Positions 8,760-16,708 of a DNA stretch of 64,000 bases are shown piece by piece; position 1 is the first letter of the stretch; each line of letters opens with the position of its first letter. The DNA comes from an uncultured Gammaproteobacteria bacterium. Lineage in GTDB: Bacteria; Patescibacteriota; Microgenomatia; UBA1406; HO2-37-13b. A model generated the notes under the pieces. That model was not told the DNA's origin. It was given only the letters and a program-made list of their open reading frames with translations, and did no database searches. The DNA lies in assembly GCA_964612595.1 (NCBI GenBank), contig CAZTFB010000002.1, positions 188,933 through 252,932 of the forward strand. Direction: 5' to 3'. A program made the translations under genes and the position numbers.

Positions 8760-10049
8760 ATGACCTGGAACGGTATCTATGTTGTCACCGACCCCACATG
8801 GGGAGATAACGGAAAAGGGAAAATCGTTGATCTTCTTTCTGACCGCGCCGAGATGTCTATACGCTACAATGGCGGTCCAAACGCTGGCCACACTGTTCGC
8901 AACGAACATGGCGAGTTTAAATTTCACCTCATGCCTTCTGCAATATTTAATCCGAATGCCCTTTGTGTTCTCGCCGATGCCGTAGTAATCGACCCGAAAA
9001 CGTTAGCTGAAGAGATTCTTGCCATTCGCACAGCAGGGGTCGGTATATCAGAGAAAAATCTTATGATAAGTCGGTCTGCGCATATGATTATGCCATGGCA
9101 CAGAGATAGAGATAACTTAAGAGAAACAGTGCGCGGCACGGGAAAGATTGGTACAACAGGTCGAGGTATAGGGCCAACGTATGCTGATCGTACAGAGCGT
9201 GTTGGATTACAGATGAAAGATTTGCTAGCTGGTGATTTTGAAAAGCGCTTGGAAAAAGAAATGGCATGGCAAGAAAAATTAGTAGCGCTGATGCGGGGAG
9301 ATGAATTTCGTTATGATCGTAAAGAAGTGATGGAAGAGTTGATGGCAGCTCGCGAAGTGCTAGCGCCATTAATAAATGATGTGCTGCCAGCGATTGGCGA
9401 ATATTTTTCGAAAGGAAAAAGAATTCTTGGAGAAGCAGGTCAAGGGGCACTTCTTGATCTTGATCGAGGAACGTATCCATATGTGACGTCGAGCCATCCA
9501 GGTGTTGTGGGGTTTTCGCTCACGACCGGCATTCCACCAAAGGCAGTAGATATGGTTATAGGGGTTACAAAAGCGTATACAACGCGTGTGGGCGAAGGTC
9601 CATTGCCGACAGAGTTGCTTGATGAAGATGGTGAACGAATACGAACAGTTGGTCATGAATTTGGGACAACAACAGGTCGTCCGCGTCGCTGTGGATGGTT
9701 AGATATTCCTGCATTGCGCTATGGATCGCAAGTTGCTGGAGCTGATGCATTAGCGCTTACAAAAATAGATATTTATGATGATTTTGACGAGATAAAAATA
9801 TGTGTAGGTTATGAGATTGATGGAAAGAAATATGAAAGTATTCCAAGTGTCGACATCGACTTCTTAAAGAATGCAAAGGCTGTGTATGAAACAGTGCAAG
9901 GTTGGAAATCGCCGACTTCGGACATTCGCGCACTACAAGATATGCCAAAAGAAGCACGTGAGTATATCAAGAGGGTTGAAAAGCTTGTGGGAAAACCAAT
10001 CTCCATTGTCTCCGTAGGTCCTGCGAGAGAAGAAACGATGTATTGTTGA
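8760..10049 (+). CDS. purA: Adenylosuccinate synthetase
   Basis: GDNGKGKIVD (P-loop), GGPNAGHT, TTGRGIGPTYADR and GTTTGRPRRCGW. Confidence 0.95.
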   Translation: MTWNGIYVVTDPTWGDNGKGKIVDLLSDRAEMSIRYNGGPNAGHTVRNEHGEFKFHLMPSAIFNPNALCVLADAVVIDPKTLAEEILAIRTAGVGISEKNLMISRSAHMIMPWHRDRDNLRETVRGTGKIGTTGRGIGPTYADRTERVGLQMKDLLAGDFEKRLEKEMAWQEKLVALMRGDEFRYDRKEVMEELMAAREVLAPLINDVLPAIGEYFSKGKRILGEAGQGALLDLDRGTYPYVTSSHPGVVGFSLTTGIPPKAVDMVIGVTKAYTTRVGEGPLPTELLDEDGERIRTVGHEFGTTTGRPRRCGWLDIPALRYGSQVAGADALALTKIDIYDDFDEIKICVGYEIDGKKYESIPSVDIDFLKNAKAVYETVQGWKSPTSDIRALQDMPKEAREYIKRVEKLVGKPISIVSVGPAREETMYC

Positions 10050-10055
10050 GATGTG

Positions 10056-10070
10056 AGAAACGGCAATTGA
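10056..10070. repeat. Left arm of 15-bp perfect inverted repeat
   Basis: AGAAACGGCAATTGA is the exact reverse complement of 10947-10961. Confidence 0.9.
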
Positions 10071-10242
10071 CCTTTCTGTTCCTAACATCCACTTCGGCAG
10101 CCAGCCGCTGGTCGATGTGATTCCGACCAGCGGCTGAGCTGCCTTGAAGCAGTACGGGGGGTCAGCCATTAAGCTGAACTACCCACCATACTCAGGGCAT
10201 ATGCCCTTCTTGTTGTTGAGGCTTTTTATTTAGTTGTGTTGG

Positions 10243-10710
10243 TTAGGCCCGGCTGGACTCCCCGAAGCGCGCCGTCCCCACGACGACGTACCCCGTAAGG
10301 AGCGCTTGGGACAGACGGTGGCCGGAGCCGCCGCTGGTGATCTCCATGAGCCGGAACTCGCGCATCGGCGCCATCGTCCCGAAGTGGCTGAACCGACCGG
10401 CAGGCCGTGGCGCGAACTGATGACCGTCCCTCTTGGTCGCCACATGACCGCCGGTGGTGCTGACGTTGATCCCGTTCGTGCAGATCTGACCGTGACGCCC
10501 CGTGGCGTGGAGATGGCCAGAACCCTCATCGAACCCGTAGGCGATCTGCATATGCCCGTCGTCACCGCCGGACTGCTGCATGATCGCCACATGGCCGGAG
10601 TTGTCGTTCGCGCCCGCGACCTGGTGGTCCCTGGAAGCGACGACACCGAAGACCATGATCGCCACGAACGCGATCACCAGAATCCATCGAGGGATTCGGA
10701 TCTCGTACAA
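10243..10710 (-). CDS. TM-anchored His/Gly-rich protein with high-GC codon usage (very weak Cu/Zn-SOD-like pattern)
   Basis: This is the only frame in the island with strong G/C at third codon positions. The TTG start is preceded by AAAGAGGTG. N-terminal TM helix IPRWILVIAFVAIMVFGVVAS. GHLHATGRHGQIC...TTGGH...LTGYVVVG loosely recalls the SodC motifs GFH.H..G.C / GGH / l.G.a.ViH, but metal ligands are missing. Confidence 0.55.
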   Translation of the reverse strand: MYEIRIPRWILVIAFVAIMVFGVVASRDHQVAGANDNSGHVAIMQQSGGDDGHMQIAYGFDEGSGHLHATGRHGQICTNGINVSTTGGHVATKRDGHQFAPRPAGRFSHFGTMAPMREFRLMEITSGGSGHRLSQALLTGYVVVGTARFGESSRA

Positions 10711-10946
10711 GGGTTACACCTCTTTCGTTCGATCGTGAGTCGAGTGGATTCCTCCCCGCCAGCTGCGGGGAGGGACATGCGGTCGGGTGGACACTGTCTA
10801 AGGCGGATCTCGAATCAAGCTTGCCTCCTTTCAAGGCTCATGTAGGGGGTTGACGCCAAGGTAGCGATTGGACGTTAGGGCAATAAAGACAAGCTTTGCT
10901 TACCTCTACAACCCTAACGTCCAGTAAAAATGTTGGTTTCTAATAA

Positions 10947-10961
10947 TCAATTGCCGTTTCT
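10947..10961. repeat. Right arm of 15-bp perfect inverted repeat
   Basis: TCAATTGCCGTTTCT is the exact reverse complement of 10056-10070. Confidence 0.9.
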
Positions 10962-11074
10962 GTCAAAGTACAAAATGTTTTTGCTGGTCGGACACGGCTA
11001 TTGTGTACGCCCTCAAAATTACTATCGGTAGTATAGGTCAGATTCTAAATCTTGTCAAATCAATAAATAGCAAC

Positions 11075-11083
11075 TGTTATAAT
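11075..11083 (+). promoter_or_regulatory. Extended -10 (TGtTATAAT) 6 nt upstream of ATG 11090
   Basis: TATAAT at 11078-11083, gap catgtc, ATG at 11090. Confidence 0.5.
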
Positions 11084-11089
11084 CATGTC

Positions 11090-11497
11090 ATGATCATTTA
11101 CCTTGCATGGATTCAGTCTATTGTTGCAACACTCGGAAGTCTCTATTTTAGCGAAGTCATGAAATTTCCACCTTGTGTTCTTTGTTGGTATCAAAGAATT
11201 TTTATGTATCCCCTCGTTTTCATTCTAGCCGTCGGCATGGTCCGTAAAGATAAAAAGATTCACACATATGTTTTGCCTTTAAGCCTCACAGGCCTATCTA
11301 TCGCGATATATCACAATTTACTTTATTATCAAATTCTTCCAGAAAGCGTTGCGCCTTGTGTTGCAGGAGTTTCATGCACAACAAAGTTTATACAATGGTT
11401 TGGCTTTGTAACAATCCCTCTACTTTCACTCATTGCATTTTCTGTAATTACTATCTGTATGTTGCTACATCTTCATCGATCAAAAAAACATTCATGA
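11090..11497 (+). CDS. DsbB/BdbC-family disulfide bond formation protein
   Basis: SLYFSEVMKFPPCVLCWYQRIFMYP carries the CxxC in periplasmic loop 1, there are four TM helices, and a second Cys pair is APCVAGVSC. The start was trimmed from GTG 11003. Confidence 0.75.
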   Translation: MIIYLAWIQSIVATLGSLYFSEVMKFPPCVLCWYQRIFMYPLVFILAVGMVRKDKKIHTYVLPLSLTGLSIAIYHNLLYYQILPESVAPCVAGVSCTTKFIQWFGFVTIPLLSLIAFSVITICMLLHLHRSKKHS

Positions 11498-11823
11498 GAA
11501 TTTGGGATCTTCCGCCATCACAGCTCTGTCGTAAGCATCTTTTAGGTGAACATAGAGAATTGCATGCACTTTATACCGTTATTACACAACAAAAAAAGGG
11601 CTATTCACAGCATCCCGAGACAAAACGCTGGGTTGGAAAGCTTAAAGCACTTTATAATCGCCACGATGACCTCGTAAAAGAAATGATGCAACGCGGATAT
11701 AGACACAACAGTCCACTAGAAGATAGTCCTATGTCCGACAGCGAACTACAAGATGTTTTTATCAATACAATTGAGGAACAAAAAGCGCTCTTAAACAATA
11801 AAAACTGCGATTGTCGCTTCTAG
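11494..11823 (+). CDS. Pyrimidine-dimer DNA glycosylase (T4 endonuclease V/DenV-like family)
   Basis: MRIWDLPPSQLCRKHLLGEHRELHAL is the typical N-terminus of the family. ATGA overlap with the dsbB-like gene. Confidence 0.7.
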   Translation: MRIWDLPPSQLCRKHLLGEHRELHALYTVITQQKKGYSQHPETKRWVGKLKALYNRHDDLVKEMMQRGYRHNSPLEDSPMSDSELQDVFINTIEEQKALLNNKNCDCRF

Positions 11824-11834
11824 CAAGCATGAGG

Positions 11835-11840
11835 TATAGT
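11835..11840 (+). promoter_or_regulatory. -10 box TATAGT 6 nt upstream of ATG 11847
   Basis: TATAGT-taaagc-ATG. Confidence 0.4.
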
Positions 11841-11846
11841 TAAAGC

Positions 11847-12785
11847 ATGGTACTGCATGCACTTTGGTATTTTGCACTTTTTGGCATCTTGTTACTCGGC
11901 GCAGATATAGCAATACGATCGGTTGAGAAAATATCTCGTTCCCTCCGTATCTCTTCTTTTGCAGTTTCATTTCTTATTCTAGGAGCCTTTACCTCTGTAG
12001 CAGAGTTTTCAGTAGGCATAAATGCAGTGATTGAAAATGATCCAGAAATTTATGTCGGTAATTTAATAGGAGCGTCCATAGTTTTGTTTATGCTGCTCAT
12101 CCCACTTCTCGCGATTATTGGCCACAAACTAGAAATCACCAAGGAGTTCCAAGGAAGCAACTTGGTTCATTCACTTTTTGTCATTGCAGCACCTGTGCTG
12201 TTGACGCTTAATGGACACGTAGGAAGACTTGACGGCATTATTGCACTTACGACCTATGTGCTACTTGCTTTTTCAATCCAAACAAAGAGGGGATTTGTGG
12301 CCACCCTCTTTGATCCGATACAAAAACGATCGCCCATTCGTAGAGAATTATTGCGCATTGTTATTGGAGTTATTATGATTTTTATAGCGAGTCATTACAT
12401 TGTTGTTGAAACAAACTACTTTGCAGAGTTACTTTCAGTTTCGCCCTTTATTATTAGCCTTATTATTATTTCACTGGGCACAAACATTCCCGAACTCTCA
12501 TTTGTTTTGCGCTCACTCTTTAAGAAAAACAATCAAGTCGCGCTCGGTGATTATATTGGATCTGCTGCTTTTAACACGTTTTTATTCGGCGTTTTAACAT
12601 TGGTCAATAATCAGCCGGTATTTTTAATAAAAACCTATCATGCAAGTCTTTTATTCTTAGTGATAAGTTTGATTTTGTTCTATTTCTTTGCAAAGTCACG
12701 CCAGTCTATATCAAGAGTGGAGGGTATTGTATTGCTCGTATTGTACGTTTTGTTTCTTTCTTCTGAGATTTTTCTCACTTCCTGA
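11847..12785 (+). CDS. Ca2+/Na+ antiporter (CaCA/YrbG family)
   Basis: About 10 TM helices with two alpha-repeat signatures, GNLIGASIV and ALGDYIGSAAFNTF. Confidence 0.75.
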   Translation: MVLHALWYFALFGILLLGADIAIRSVEKISRSLRISSFAVSFLILGAFTSVAEFSVGINAVIENDPEIYVGNLIGASIVLFMLLIPLLAIIGHKLEITKEFQGSNLVHSLFVIAAPVLLTLNGHVGRLDGIIALTTYVLLAFSIQTKRGFVATLFDPIQKRSPIRRELLRIVIGVIMIFIASHYIVVETNYFAELLSVSPFIISLIIISLGTNIPELSFVLRSLFKKNNQVALGDYIGSAAFNTFLFGVLTLVNNQPVFLIKTYHASLLFLVISLILFYFFAKSRQSISRVEGIVLLVLYVLFLSSEIFLTS

Positions 12786-12816
12786 TATAATATAGACTTC
12801 TCACCTAGAGATTACT

Positions 12817-14646
12817 ATGAAATCAATACGAAACATTGCTATTATTGCTCACGTTGACCATGGGAAAACCACATTGGTCGACGCGCTATTGAAACAAACA
12901 AAAACCTTTCGAGACAATCAAAAGGAAATGTTCCAGGACCTTATTATGGATTCGGGTGACCTGGAACGTGAGAAGGGGATTACTATTCTTTCAAAGAACA
13001 CCTCGATTTTCTACGAAGACACAAAAATAAATATTATCGATACCCCTGGTCATGCTGATTTTGGCGGTGAGGTTGAACGTGTATTAAACATGGCTTCTGG
13101 AGCAATTCTGCTTGTTGATGCCGCTGAAGGCCCACTTCCCCAGACGCGTTTTGTCTTAAAAAAAGCACTTGAGAATAAACTGAAAATTATTCTTGTTATT
13201 AATAAAATCGATAAGAAAGATGCGCGACCTCTTGCTGTGCATGCTGAAGTTGAAAATCTGTTCTTGGAGCTCGCACATGATGAGAGCGCCCTCGACTTTA
13301 CGACACTTTTTGCAGTCGGGCGCGATGGGAAAGCATTTTATGAGCTTCCAGAGGATTATTCAAAAACCGAAGGTGCAACTTTAAAACCGCTTTTCGATAC
13401 TATCATTAAAGAAATTGAGGATGTATCAAAACCTGTTGATGAACCCTTCCAAATGCTGATTTCTACACTAGATCAGGATGCATATGTCGGAAAGCTTTGT
13501 GTGGGTAAGGTAACGCGCGGCACATGCTCAGTAAATCAGATGATTGCGCTTGTTTCTGAGGATGGATTGCAGGGTACTTACAAAGTTACAAAACTTTTTA
13601 CTTCAACAGGTCTCCAAAGAGAAATGGTGGAGACGGTTACAGCGGGTGATATCGTTGCGATTGCTGGTATTCCTGAGTTGACCATCGGCCAGACTATCAC
13701 AGATCCAACCCATCCAGAAGCGCTTCCAACAATTTCTGTTGAAGAACCAACGCTAAAAATTACTTTGGGACCAAACACCTCACCTTTTGCAGGAAAAGAA
13801 GGTGAATTTACGACAAGTCGCCAAATTAAGGAGCGACTTATGAAGGAAAAAGAGGTTAATCTTGGACTCCATATTGAACCAGATACACAATCAGTTAATT
13901 TTGTTATTTCTGGGCGCGGTGAATTACATCTTTCTGTATTGATTGAGACGATGCGTCGTGAAGGATTTGAGATGCAGGTTTCCCGTCCTGAAGTGCTCTA
14001 CAAAGAGATTGAAGGAAGAATGCATGAGCCGTTTGAAGAGGTGACGATTGACGTGCATCCAGACTACGTGGGTGCAGTAAATGAAGAAATGGGAAAGCGC
14101 CGCGCTGTTATGCAAAGTATGCATAATGAAATGACGGGCACGTCGCGATTGGTTTTTAAGATTGCTTCAGCAAACCTTCTTGGTATTCGTAGCACATTAA
14201 TGACAAAGACGCGTGGAACGGCTGTTATGTCGAGTTACTTTTTAGGCTATGAGCCTAAGCAAGGTGGTGGCTTAGAAAGTCTTCGTGGTGGTGCGATGAT
14301 TGCGACACAGACAGCAGTATCAACGACATATGGTATATTAAATGTTCAGTCACGAGGTAATCTATTTATTGCCCCAGCAGTGCAAGTGTATGAAGGTATG
14401 GTTGTCGGTGTGAGTTCACGCCAGGATGATATGGAAGTTAATGTATGTAAAGTAAAGAATTTAACAAATAACAGGTCGTCTGGAGAGGGTGTTACAGATA
14501 GTCTCACACCGCATACGATCATGACGCTTGAGGAGTGCCTCGATTTCTTAGGAGACGACGAATTGCTCGAGGTAACCCCAAAATCGCTGCGCATTCGTAA
14601 GAAACTCCTAAAAGAGGCGCAGCGCCGCGTTGCAGGAAGAAAGTAA
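12817..14646 (+). CDS. typA: Translational GTPase TypA/BipA
   Basis: IRNIAIIAHVDHGKTTLVD, DTPGHADFGGEVER, NKIDK, and TypA-type C-terminal domains. Confidence 0.95.
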   Translation: MKSIRNIAIIAHVDHGKTTLVDALLKQTKTFRDNQKEMFQDLIMDSGDLEREKGITILSKNTSIFYEDTKINIIDTPGHADFGGEVERVLNMASGAILLVDAAEGPLPQTRFVLKKALENKLKIILVINKIDKKDARPLAVHAEVENLFLELAHDESALDFTTLFAVGRDGKAFYELPEDYSKTEGATLKPLFDTIIKEIEDVSKPVDEPFQMLISTLDQDAYVGKLCVGKVTRGTCSVNQMIALVSEDGLQGTYKVTKLFTSTGLQREMVETVTAGDIVAIAGIPELTIGQTITDPTHPEALPTISVEEPTLKITLGPNTSPFAGKEGEFTTSRQIKERLMKEKEVNLGLHIEPDTQSVNFVISGRGELHLSVLIETMRREGFEMQVSRPEVLYKEIEGRMHEPFEEVTIDVHPDYVGAVNEEMGKRRAVMQSMHNEMTGTSRLVFKIASANLLGIRSTLMTKTRGTAVMSSYFLGYEPKQGGGLESLRGGAMIATQTAVSTTYGILNVQSRGNLFIAPAVQVYEGMVVGVSSRQDDMEVNVCKVKNLTNNRSSGEGVTDSLTPHTIMTLEECLDFLGDDELLEVTPKSLRIRKKLLKEAQRRVAGRK

Positions 14647-14648
14647 GA

Positions 14649-14654
14649 TATAAT
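14649..14654 (+). promoter_or_regulatory. -10 box TATAAT 6 nt upstream of ATG 14661
   Basis: TATAAT-gttcaa-ATG. Confidence 0.5.
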
Positions 14655-14660
14655 GTTCAA

Positions 14661-15137
14661 ATGAATGATGAAGACTACATGAGGGTAGTTCTGCAAGATG
14701 CATATAATGCTAAGAAAATTGGCAATCTGCCAAGTGCTTCAATTCTAGTAAAGAACCATGAGATTATTTCTCGAGGAACAAGTTGTGTAGCTGTTGATTT
14801 TGATCCATCAGCACACGGTGATATGGTTTGTATTCGTAAAGCTTGCGCTCAACTTCAGTCACTAGATCTCTCAAAATGTGCACTCTATTCGATTATTGAA
14901 CCATGTGCTATGTGTCTCACCTGTGCAGCGTGGGCATCGATGTCTAAAGTTGTTTTTGGAGCATATAAAGAAGATATTCTAGAAAACTCATATCTTGTTA
15001 AAGGATATCATGCAGTAGATTTTGGCAGAAACCTTTCAACTTATGACGGAAACAGAATAAATATTGTTGGAGGTGTTTTGCGAGATGAATGTACGGCTAT
15101 CATGTCGAACGTAATAAACTGGCAGATCAAACAATAG
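14661..15137 (+). CDS. CMP/dCMP-type zinc deaminase family protein (TadA/guanine-deaminase-like) with HGD instead of HAE
   Basis: The zinc motif EPCAMCLTCAAWA (PCxxC) is present, but the upstream motif reads SAHGDMVCI where the family normally has H(A/C)E. Confidence 0.7.
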   Translation: MNDEDYMRVVLQDAYNAKKIGNLPSASILVKNHEIISRGTSCVAVDFDPSAHGDMVCIRKACAQLQSLDLSKCALYSIIEPCAMCLTCAAWASMSKVVFGAYKEDILENSYLVKGYHAVDFGRNLSTYDGNRINIVGGVLRDECTAIMSNVINWQIKQ

Positions 15138-15170
15138 GGCACGATCCTCGACAGGTTGCGGTCTTCTTAC

Positions 15171-15201
15171 AAAAAACCACAGACAAAAGCCTGTGGTTTT
15201 A
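15171..15201. terminator. Bidirectional rho-independent terminator
   Basis: AAAACCACAG (15173-15182) / CTGTGGTTTT (15191-15200) with an 8-nt loop. A-run on the left and T-run on the right, between convergent genes. Confidence 0.65.
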
Positions 15202-15224
15202 TGCTACGGCATGCATAGAGAATT

Positions 15225-15422
15225 TTATTTCTTTTTCTTTGCTGTTGTTTTTTTCTTAGCTACGACCTTCTTCTTGGCGATGGTCTTCTTTACTGCTTTC
15301 TTTACCGTTTTCTTGACTGCTGCTTTTTTTGGCGCGGCCTTCTTAACGACGGTCTTCTTTACAGTCTTTTTCTTAGCTACAACCTTCTTCTTGGCGACTG
15401 TTTTCTTCTTTGCTGCTGGCAT
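15225..15422 (-). CDS. Lys/Ala-rich histone H1-like nucleoid protein
   Basis: 65 aa made of KKxV/AKK repeats (MPAAKKKTVAKKKVVAKKKTVKK...). Strong SD AAGGAGG upstream. The Phe-rich plus-strand ORF is its antisense shadow. Confidence 0.7.
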   Translation of the reverse strand: MPAAKKKTVAKKKVVAKKKTVKKTVVKKAAPKKAAVKKTVKKAVKKTIAKKKVVAKKKTTAKKKK

Positions 15423-15501
15423 GTGTGTTTCCCCTCCTTTCTATGGAAAAACTTAATGGCTACTTAATTAAGAATAGAAGGATTTTATAGAAATTACAAT
15501 A

Positions 15502-16707
15502 TTAGATTTTGATCAGTAGTCCCGCGAGGACGGTGCCAACACCTACAAGGGCGAAGATAAATGCAATGGTCATAGAGTTTCGCGAAAGTCCTGTCTGAGG
15601 GAGTGTTGGTTGTGAGGTAACAAGTGCTTTGGTGGGAAGCGGTGTAGATGTCGCATTAACTATGATTATGTCTGTTGGTGCCGGTGCACTCACACTTATT
15701 GGTGTTGGTGTAGCAGTTGGCGGATTATAGGTACATGCGTTTGATTGACGTGCTGAGCTTGCACCACACTCTTCATTTACTGCCTCAACATAACATGAAT
15801 AGCTGTGTCCTGCAATAGCTGTAAACTGAGCTATGGTGCCAACAATCTTTTTGTTTGGATTGTACCCTTGGATAGGTAATCCTGTGGTGTCATCACGTAT
15901 AGTGACAAGATAATAATCGCTTCCTGTCGACGCATTCCATGTGCATTGTGCACTTGAGGTGGTACATGCAAGTGCGATGTTTGAAACTGCGCTTGGAATT
16001 GGACAGGCTGTTGGTGTAGGTAGTGGCGTTGATGTTGCGGTTGGTTTAGATGTTGGCGTTGCCGTCGCTGAAGGAGCAGGTGTATTTGTTGGTTGCCCAG
16101 GTCGAATTGTTGGTGTTAATGTAGGCGTCAAAGTAAGTGTAGGTATTGCCGTTGGCGTTGGAGATGCGCTAGGAGTTGGTGTTCCTGAAGGGAAACATGC
16201 CTCGCCTTCTGGATTTTCACATAGTTTTCTTCCATCAGGATAATATATACATTGCAGTCCTGGTGCACAGCGAGGTACGATCTCGTCTTCTTCGCAAGGC
16301 TCGCATTGACCGGGTAGTATTGGTGTCGGAGACGGTGTGCCAGATGGAGGAATTTGACATATAATGGGTTGCTCGCTGCGTTTCTTACACGACAAATCGT
16401 TTGTGCTCGCAACTTCGCAATAAACTGGAACAGGAAGTGTACGAGGATCAAGATTGTCAAAAGATACAGATGTCCCACTTGTGACAGTTTTCTCTACAAC
16501 AGTATTTCCAGAACTATCAACAAGTCGGACGGTATAACTTCCTTCTGTATCCCAGTTGCACGTAATCTGTTTTAACTGTACCGGAACTTCTTCTGCCTCG
16601 TTTTTTGTTGTTTGGCGTTCACGGACAAAAATAATACCAATTACAAGCATAATAATCAGAAACACTAGTCCGGCAAAAAGGCTTAATTTTTTATTTTGTT
16701 CGTTCAT
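15502..16707 (-). CDS. Cys-rich PT-linker surface protein with LPQTG sorting signal
   Basis: N-terminal TM/signal anchor, two Cys-framed beta-type domains, and PT-rich linkers. The C-terminus is LPQTG (15589-15603) plus the hydrophobic helix MTIAFIFALVGVGTVLAGLLIKI. Confidence 0.75.
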   Translation of the reverse strand: MNEQNKKLSLFAGLVFLIIMLVIGIIFVRERQTTKNEAEEVPVQLKQITCNWDTEGSYTVRLVDSSGNTVVEKTVTSGTSVSFDNLDPRTLPVPVYCEVASTNDLSCKKRSEQPIICQIPPSGTPSPTPILPGQCEPCEEDEIVPRCAPGLQCIYYPDGRKLCENPEGEACFPSGTPTPSASPTPTAIPTLTLTPTLTPTIRPGQPTNTPAPSATATPTSKPTATSTPLPTPTACPIPSAVSNIALACTTSSAQCTWNASTGSDYYLVTIRDDTTGLPIQGYNPNKKIVGTIAQFTAIAGHSYSCYVEAVNEECGASSARQSNACTYNPPTATPTPISVSAPAPTDIIIVNATSTPLPTKALVTSQPTLPQTGLSRNSMTIAFIFALVGVGTVLAGLLIKI

Positions 16708-16708
16708 A

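Larger units (their letters stand above)
10056..10961. other. Compositional island 1: G+C-rich insert bounded by a perfect 15-bp inverted repeat
   Basis: IR arms AGAAACGGCAATTGA (10056-10070) and TCAATTGCCGTTTCT (10947-10961). Lines inside count 62-72% G+C versus about 35-42% in the flanks. The motif CCTAACRTCCA occurs three times (10081-10091, inverted at 10869-10880, and 10912-10923). Confidence 0.6.

Noticed and set aside
8779-10169. Multiple 60-130 aa ORFs overlapping purA on both strands
   Set aside because: purA is unambiguous over its full length with all signature motifs. The overlapping frames are low-complexity and have no independent signals.
10075-10190. tRNA-like 5' segment on the minus strand (GGTGGGTA-GT-TCAGCT-TAAT-GGCTGA..., with an 8-nt acceptor-like start, a 6-bp/4-nt D-arm reminiscent of tRNA-Sec, and a CTTCAAG string containing UCA)
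   Set aside because: No canonical 7-nt anticodon loop can be closed; the best option is a 4-bp stem with a 6-nt loop. There is no T-arm (GTTCRANYC) and no complementary 3' acceptor strand. The 13-bp hairpin is too long for a variable arm. At most this is a tRNA gene remnant.
10230-10845. Long ORFs 10230-10646(-), 10234-10845(+) and 10562-10834(-) inside island 1
   Set aside because: They overlap the 10243-10710(-) frame and lack its G/C third-position bias. In G+C-rich DNA, stop-poor shadow frames are expected. Their products are Arg/Pro/Ala-rich low-complexity sequences.
10869-10923. Integron attC-like reading of the GTTAGGG ... CCCTAAC inverted motif (core GTTRRRY / inverse core RYYYAAC)
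   Set aside because: The order is the reverse of an attC site (inverse core should come first). The terminal bases do not fit the R/Y consensus. No IntI integrase, attI or cassette array is present in the window.
15193-15456. 87-aa Phe-rich ORF on the plus strand
   Set aside because: It is the antisense translation of the AAG/AAA-rich histone-like gene (Lys codons read as Phe on the opposite strand). The minus-strand gene has a strong SD and a terminator.
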